A stretch of DNA of 64,000 nt from Gammaproteobacteria bacterium. GTDB taxonomy: Bacteria > Pseudomonadota > Gammaproteobacteria > Steroidobacterales > Steroidobacteraceae. The translations under genes were made by a program, and so were the position numbers. The stretch is taken from positions 54,371 to 118,370 of the forward strand of contig JABCZO010000005.1 of NCBI GenBank assembly GCA_013289615.1, in the 5' to 3' direction. Positions 57,142 through 64,000 of the stretch are shown piece after piece. The stretch's first letter is position 1, and each line of letters opens with the position of its first letter. The notes below the pieces were generated by a model that saw only the letters and a list, made by a program, of their open reading frames with translations, was not told the DNA's origin and ran no database searches.

Positions 57142-57837
57142 CTACGGATGCGGCGGCGGAAACGCCAGCACGTTGCCCGTGTAGGTCTCCACCACCTCGC
57201 TGAATGGCGTGCCATCGGGCAACGTGAGCACGGCCCGATGCTGCAGCACCGCAGCCGGCGCGACCAGCTTTCCTGCGCGGCCGCCCGGCGCGGCAGCGCT
57301 CATCTCCCAGCCTTCGGGCAATGGCTGCCACAGCAGCGTTGCCGAAATCGTATGGCGCTGGAAATGCAGCGCCTGCACCGCCCGGCCGAACGGCGTGTCG
57401 GTCGTGTCCAGCAGCCGGTTCATCTCGGGCGTCAGCCGCGCGGGCAGGTACCAATTATCCGCCTCCGACAGCAGCACTGACCCGCACAGCAATTTCACCC
57501 GGCGATAGCGCACGGCATCGGTCGCACTGACCCCAAGGACTCGAAGCTGCTCCTCGCCAGCCACTTTATCGACGCCGCTGACCCGCTCGGCGATCAATCT
57601 TGGCGGCGCTGCCAGCCGATGGCTGGCGCACCAGCCCTCGAGCGTCAGCGTTGCGCTGTCATGGCTCAGCAGGTCGGCGTTCAGTGTCTGAATCAGCGCC
57701 AGCGCCTCGAGGCGCGCCACGAAGTTATCCGGCCAATCCTGCGGAGCCAGCGCCGCTGTATCGCCGGCAACGGCCAGTGAGCCGTGAAGCAGCAGGATAA
57801 GAAGCGTGGCCCGGCTTCCGACCAATTTAGCGTTCAT
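57142..57837 (-). CDS. Secreted hypothetical protein (possible chorismate-lyase/UTRA-like fold)
   Basis: ATG 57837 gives the signal peptide MNAKLVGSRATLLILLLHGSLAVAG. The segment RRVKLLCGSVLLSEADNWYLPARL...TPFGRAV is reminiscent of UbiC/DUF98-type proteins, but this is a weak call made from memory. Confidence 0.5.
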   Translation of the reverse strand: MNAKLVGSRATLLILLLHGSLAVAGDTAALAPQDWPDNFVARLEALALIQTLNADLLSHDSATLTLEGWCASHRLAAPPRLIAERVSGVDKVAGEEQLRVLGVSATDAVRYRRVKLLCGSVLLSEADNWYLPARLTPEMNRLLDTTDTPFGRAVQALHFQRHTISATLLWQPLPEGWEMSAAAPGGRAGKLVAPAAVLQHRAVLTLPDGTPFSEVVETYTGNVLAFPPPHP

Positions 57838-57942
57838 GGCTCGGGTCCTCTGGGGTTGATAGGTGCAGCGTGAGCCGGCGCGCAACCGGAGTAGGATGCC
57901 TGGCGCGCGCCACTTACCCACAGCCGACCTGAGGCCAGCAGC

Positions 57943-58299
57943 ATGATCTACTTCCTGGCGTTGATTCCGGCCACGGCACTGACGATCGCCGGCTATTGTG
58001 TGCTGTATGTGTCTCAGCGTTCGGAAGGCAGTTTCCGCTCATTCGGAAAGTACCTCGGGTTCTGGGCCTTCAGCCTGGCCGCACTGGTGATCCTGGGGGC
58101 GATATTCGCGGCCGCGCACCGCCACCGTCATGGCGCGATGATGCACGAGCGGGCAGCGCACGGCATGATGCATCGCCCGTGGGCGGATGATCCGCGCTTC
58201 GCTGCGCCTGGATTCGGCATGCCGCCTGACGCGTCGCCGCCGGCGGATACGCCGCAGCGCACAGCTCCGCAGAATTCCGCAGTGCCGCCGCCGCGATAG
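57943..58299 (+). CDS. Small two-TM membrane protein with a His/Met-rich segment and a Pro-rich tail
   Basis: The protein has two hydrophobic helices, then AAHRHRHGAMMHERAAHGMMHRPW, then a Pro-rich C-terminus. Confidence 0.55.
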   Translation: MIYFLALIPATALTIAGYCVLYVSQRSEGSFRSFGKYLGFWAFSLAALVILGAIFAAAHRHRHGAMMHERAAHGMMHRPWADDPRFAAPGFGMPPDASPPADTPQRTAPQNSAVPPPR

Positions 58300-58320
58300 T
58301 GCCGGATCGACGGCGGCGCC

Positions 58321-60354
<2,034 letters not shown>

Positions 60355-60455
60355 AGGATGCGGCCTTGAGCATGACAGTCCGTTATTTTAGCAATGAGTG
60401 GCCGGTGTAACATGCTCAATGTGCAAGATTGATCAAAGAGCCGAGGTTCCACGCC

Positions 60456-61805
60456 ATGGCATCCGACTATGACCTGATAGTGATCGGCGGCGGCAGCGGC
60501 GGTCTGGCCTGTGTCCAGCGCGCGGCTGACTACGGGGCACGAACACTGCTGGTCGAAATGGGCCGCCTGGGAGGCACCTGCGTCAACGTCGGTTGCGTTC
60601 CCAAGAAGGTCATGTGGAATGCCGGTGAACTCGCTCATGCGCTGCGCGACGCGGCCGGCTACGGCTTCGATATCTCGCTGTGGCGACACGACTGGCCGCT
60701 GCTCAAGCAGCTGCGCGATGAGTTCATCGCCCGCATCAACGCGGTCTACGAGCGCAAGCTCGGCCAGCGCCAGGTCGAGCTGCTGCGCGATCACGCGCGT
60801 CTGCTGTCAGCGCAATCCGTCCAGGTCGGTGACCGGGTCGTCTCGGCCGGCAGCATCGTGCTCGCCACCGGCGGCCGGCCGATCATCCCGAGGCTGCCGG
60901 GGGCGCAACTGGGCATCAGCTCGGACGGGTTCTTCGAGCTGGGTGCGCGCCCCGACAGCGTCGCGGTGGTCGGCGCCGGCTATATCGCCGCCGAGCTCAG
61001 CGGCATCTTCTCGGCGCTGGGCTCACGCACCACGGTGGTATTGCGGCACGAGCGCCTGCTGCGGCACTTCGATTCGATGCTCGGCGACTCGCTGATGCAG
61101 ATCATGCGCGAGGAAGGCGTCGAATTCGCAACCGGCGCGGTGCCGAAGTCACTGGCCAGGAATGCGTCGGGTTTGCTCGAACTCACGGTCGAGGACGGTC
61201 GCGTGCTAGGACAGTTCGACGCCCTGGTGTGGGCGGTGGGCCGCAAACCCATCACCACGGATTTGGGCCTGGAGTTGCTGGGAGTGAGCGTGGACTGGGC
61301 GGGACACATCGTCACCGATGAATTTCAGCAGACCAATCTGCAACATCTGTACGCCCTCGGCGATGTCACCTCGCGAGCCGGTCTGACGCCGGTGGCGGTT
61401 GCGGCCGGGCGGCGGTTAGCGGATCGCCTGTTCGGCGGCCAGAAAGGCCGGAAAGTCGATTACGACACCATTCCCACGGTGGTATTCAGTCACCCGCCGG
61501 TTGGCACGGTGGGTTTGAGCGAGGCCGATGCCCGCACGCGCTACGGCGACGCGGTCAAGGTAGCCACTTCGACCTTCATGCCGCTGTATCACGCGCTCAC
61601 GCCGCGCAAGCCGCGCGAGCACATGAAACTGGTCACCGTGGGTCCAGCGCAGAAGATCGTTGGCATCCACGTCATTGGCGAGGGCGCGGACGAAATGCTG
61701 CAGGGCTTCGCCGTGGCACTGCGCATGGGGGCGACCAAGCGCGACTTCGACGACACGATCGCGATTCATCCGACCGCCGCCGAAGAAATGGTGACCATGC
61801 CCTAG
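60456..61805 (+). CDS. gor: Glutathione-disulfide reductase
   Basis: It has [11 protein letters not shown], the redox-active disulfide [13 protein letters not shown] and a C-terminal HPTAAEE. The start was set at ATG 60456. Confidence 0.9.
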   Translation: MASDYDLIVIGGGSGGLACVQRAADYGARTLLVEMGRLGGTCVNVGCVPKKVMWNAGELAHALRDAAGYGFDISLWRHDWPLLKQLRDEFIARINAVYERKLGQRQVELLRDHARLLSAQSVQVGDRVVSAGSIVLATGGRPIIPRLPGAQLGISSDGFFELGARPDSVAVVGAGYIAAELSGIFSALGSRTTVVLRHERLLRHFDSMLGDSLMQIMREEGVEFATGAVPKSLARNASGLLELTVEDGRVLGQFDALVWAVGRKPITTDLGLELLGVSVDWAGHIVTDEFQQTNLQHLYALGDVTSRAGLTPVAVAAGRRLADRLFGGQKGRKVDYDTIPTVVFSHPPVGTVGLSEADARTRYGDAVKVATSTFMPLYHALTPRKPREHMKLVTVGPAQKIVGIHVIGEGADEMLQGFAVALRMGATKRDFDDTIAIHPTAAEEMVTMP

Positions 61806-61842
61806 GTGAGGGCAGCGTGCGGGGCGCGCCGGTTGCAGCCGT

Positions 61843-62706
61843 TCACCCGGGGAGTTGCGCGACCGCCAGGGTGAAGGTCTGCAGGAAATGCAGATCCGGC
61901 CGGCGCAGGGCGCAGTCCGGACTGCGCGGATCGCACAACTGCGTCAGCCGCTGGAAGTCCTCGGCGGACAGATACGGCCGCAGGCGCTCGCCCCAGGTGT
62001 CGCGGAAGATGACGTCGCGCAGGTAATTTTCGCTCGCCACGTCGAGCGGAGACAGGCGCTCGAGCGACCAGGTGCGCACGCTGACGTTGGCAAGCCCGGC
62101 GCCACGCAGCCATCCCACCAGCGCTCGGACCGCAGCCAGATCCGCCTCGCTCACGCCATAGCGGTCGCGGTAGTACTGGCGCACGGCCTCGTTGGTCAGC
62201 CGTTCGAGCCGCGCGTCCCAGGCAAACACCATGTCCGGCAGCAGCGAACTTTGTCCAAGCGCAATCCGGCCACCGGGCCGCAGCAGGCCGGCCAGCGCTT
62301 GCACGCCGGCCAGCGGATCGCGCAGGTGATTGATCGTATTCACCGTCCAGATCAGATCGACACTGGCGCGGCGCAGCGGCGCGCGCAGCAGGTCGGCCTG
62401 CAGCACCAGCACCTGAGCTGGCGTCGCGCTGCGGGCGCAAGCCGCGTGCGCCCGGGCCAGCTCGATCCCGATCACGACGCCGGTGGCGCCGACTGCCGCG
62501 GACAGCCAGTTCAGCACCTCACCGGTCCCGCAGCCGACGTCAACCACGTGCATACCCGGCTGCAATCGCAGGCTGGCGATGGCGTCACGCAGTTCGGGTG
62601 CGGCAAACGCATTGAATTGCTTCAATTTGCCTGAGTAGTCGCGGGTGGTGGTGTCACCCAGCAGACCGCAGGGCACCGTCGCCTCATGCGCTGTTAGTTT
62701 TTTCAT
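61843..62706 (-). CDS. Class I SAM-dependent methyltransferase
   Basis: Motif I is VVDVGCGTGE and the post-I region is VIGIEL. The start was set at ATG 62706 (MKKLTAHE...). Confidence 0.8.
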   Translation of the reverse strand: MKKLTAHEATVPCGLLGDTTTRDYSGKLKQFNAFAAPELRDAIASLRLQPGMHVVDVGCGTGEVLNWLSAAVGATGVVIGIELARAHAACARSATPAQVLVLQADLLRAPLRRASVDLIWTVNTINHLRDPLAGVQALAGLLRPGGRIALGQSSLLPDMVFAWDARLERLTNEAVRQYYRDRYGVSEADLAAVRALVGWLRGAGLANVSVRTWSLERLSPLDVASENYLRDVIFRDTWGERLRPYLSAEDFQRLTQLCDPRSPDCALRRPDLHFLQTFTLAVAQLPG

Positions 62707-63041
62707 GCCACTGCCCTCGACCTTGCGACCTCGATCCAGACTCTGCGCCGCTGATGCAACCAAAATTCCTTCAGCCGGCACTTATAGGCAGCGTGTTGTC
62801 CAGATCAGGTGCCGGCCCGCCAATGAATGATCGCAAGGATCCAGCGCAATCACGACCGGCGGAGTATCGAAGCACTACAACTGTCCGCGCCAATTGCCGC
62901 ACCTACAGTCTGAAGGCTCTGCCGCAGACATCATGACGCGCGCCGGTGTGCGTTTGACCAATAGGCAGGCGGGAACAGCGAATGGTAACACGCCGAATTG
63001 CCGTCCCATGCGACGGCGCATCGACGGCTCCGCCGTAGGCA

Positions 63042-64000
63042 GTGAACCCTGTGCCCGCCCACCTGCCCCCGGATCCTCAACGGCTACAACAGCTGCCGCT
63101 GGTCACTCTGTACCTGACCGAGCGCTGCAACTCACGCTGCATCAGCTGCGACTACTGGCGCCATGGCCGGTCGGACATGAGCCTTGCGCTGGTGTCGCGG
63201 TTGCTGCCAAGCCTCACCCGGCTGCAGACCCGGGTGGCGCTGATATCCGGTGGGGAGCCGCTACTGAATCCGGAGTGGGCGCAGATCGCGCAGCTGCTCA
63301 AGCAAAGCGGCTTGCACGTCTGGCTTCTTACCTCCGGTCTTTCCCTTGCCAAGCATGCGGTGCGTGCGTCGCAGTTGTTCGACGCGATAACCGTCTCGCT
63401 CGATGGGGCCAACGCCGAAACCTACGCCGCAATCCGCGGACTGAATGCATTCGAAAAGGTGTGTGCAGGAATTGCGGCGACCGCGCGTACCGGCGTACCG
63501 GTCGGCGTGCGGGTCACGGTCCAGGCTGCAAACTACCGGCAGCTGCCGGCATGCATCGAGGTAGCGCGGCAACTGGGCGCCCACCAGGTCTCCTTTGTCG
63601 CCGTCGATGTCGCCAACCCACATGCGTTCGGACGCCTGGATGGGGTGGTGCCGGATCTCGCACTACAGCTGCGAGATCTGCCCGAGTTCGAGCAGATTCT
63701 ATGCCGCCTGGAGCGCGACTACGTCGAGGACTTTCGCTCGGGCTTCATCGCCGAGAGTCCACGCCGGCTGCGACGTATGCACCAATACTTTTCAGCCATC
63801 TGCGGGGCCGGTGCCTTTCCCCCGACGCGCTGCAACGCGCCCGAGTTCTCCGCCGTGATCGACGCCAAGGGTCGAGTCAACCCCTGTTTCTTCATTGCCG
63901 GGCCGACCGAGGCGCAGCTGCAGCAGGAGTTGGCAGCCGTTCTGAACGGCGGCTCGATGCTGGCGCTGCGCCAAGATATTCGCGCAGGAGCGCGCTCCGA
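63042..64000 (+). CDS. Radical SAM protein with a SPASM/twitch-like C-terminal Cys motif (3'-truncated by the window end)
   Basis: The frame is open from the stop at 63036-38 to the window end (319 codons). That is probably why it is absent from the ORF track. It has a CX3CX2C cluster (TERCNSRCISCDYW), GGEPLL and VSLDGANAETY, and later CNAPEFSAVIDAKGRVNPC. The start is GTG 63042 or 63051. Confidence 0.75.
   Translation, partial: MNPVPAHLPPDPQRLQQLPLVTLYLTERCNSRCISCDYWRHGRSDMSLALVSRLLPSLTRLQTRVALISGGEPLLNPEWAQIAQLLKQSGLHVWLLTSGLSLAKHAVRASQLFDAITVSLDGANAETYAAIRGLNAFEKVCAGIAATARTGVPVGVRVTVQAANYRQLPACIEVARQLGAHQVSFVAVDVANPHAFGRLDGVVPDLALQLRDLPEFEQILCRLERDYVEDFRSGFIAESPRRLRRMHQYFSAICGAGAFPPTRCNAPEFSAVIDAKGRVNPCFFIAGPTEAQLQQELAAVLNGGSMLALRQDIRAGARS

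Noticed and set aside
62754-62936. A 60-aa + strand ORF in the methyltransferase / radical SAM intergenic region, considered as a precursor peptide.
   Set aside because: It has no SD before either in-frame ATG, it ends about 100 nt before the radical SAM gene, and its composition is unremarkable. It is not supportable from the sequence alone.

Overview
This is a high-GC (roughly two-thirds G+C by eye) proteobacterial chromosomal segment, densely packed with about 57 protein-coding genes. I saw no rRNA, tRNA, CRISPR array, transposase, integrase or prophage genes, so it looks like core genome rather than an accessory island. All calls come from motif and architecture recognition in the supplied translations plus manual reading of the intergenic DNA. 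No database search was possible. Gene content in order: VOC-fold protein, YceI-like lipoprotein, HiPIP, an HNH endonuclease followed by a 5'-3' exonuclease, pntAA-pntAB-pntB, and a four-gene ECF sigma operon (sigma, DUF3619-like, small secreted protein, DUF3106-like). Next come priA, argS, a SPOR protein, a GST, and the minus-strand block def-fmt-rsmB-DUF4390-ntrY-ntrX. Diverging from def are a LysM lipoprotein, dprA, smg and topA, then rlmJ, aroE, DUF885 and a FecR/DUF6600-like proline-rich protein. After gnd-zwf there is a c-di-GMP cluster (HAMP-PAS-GGDEF-EAL, a PLD-like protein, a GGDEF cyclase), then an M15 peptidase, an HD hydrolase, xthA and kdpFABCDE. The window ends with a small membrane protein, a polytopic membrane protein, a RIO-type kinase, an MscS-family channel, an M13 peptidase, prlC, gor, a SAM methyltransferase and a 3'-truncated radical SAM/SPASM-like gene. 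No obvious complete novel multi-gene system is visible. The observations most worth a second look are listed here. (1) A 30-codon hydrophobic ORF missing from the ORF track has a perfect SD and is translationally coupled to kdpF. (2) Three DnaA-box-like sites sit on the priA start codon. (3) A 33-codon lysine-rich ORF, also missing from the track, lies just upstream of the RIO kinase. (4) A membrane-anchored PLD-fold protein with non-canonical HKD motifs is bracketed by c-di-GMP enzymes. (5) NtrX has a degenerate AAA+ core. (6) A perfect AT-rich inverted repeat with 30-bp arms lies between convergent genes. (7) A radical SAM/SPASM-like gene at the window edge follows an unusually long intergenic region.
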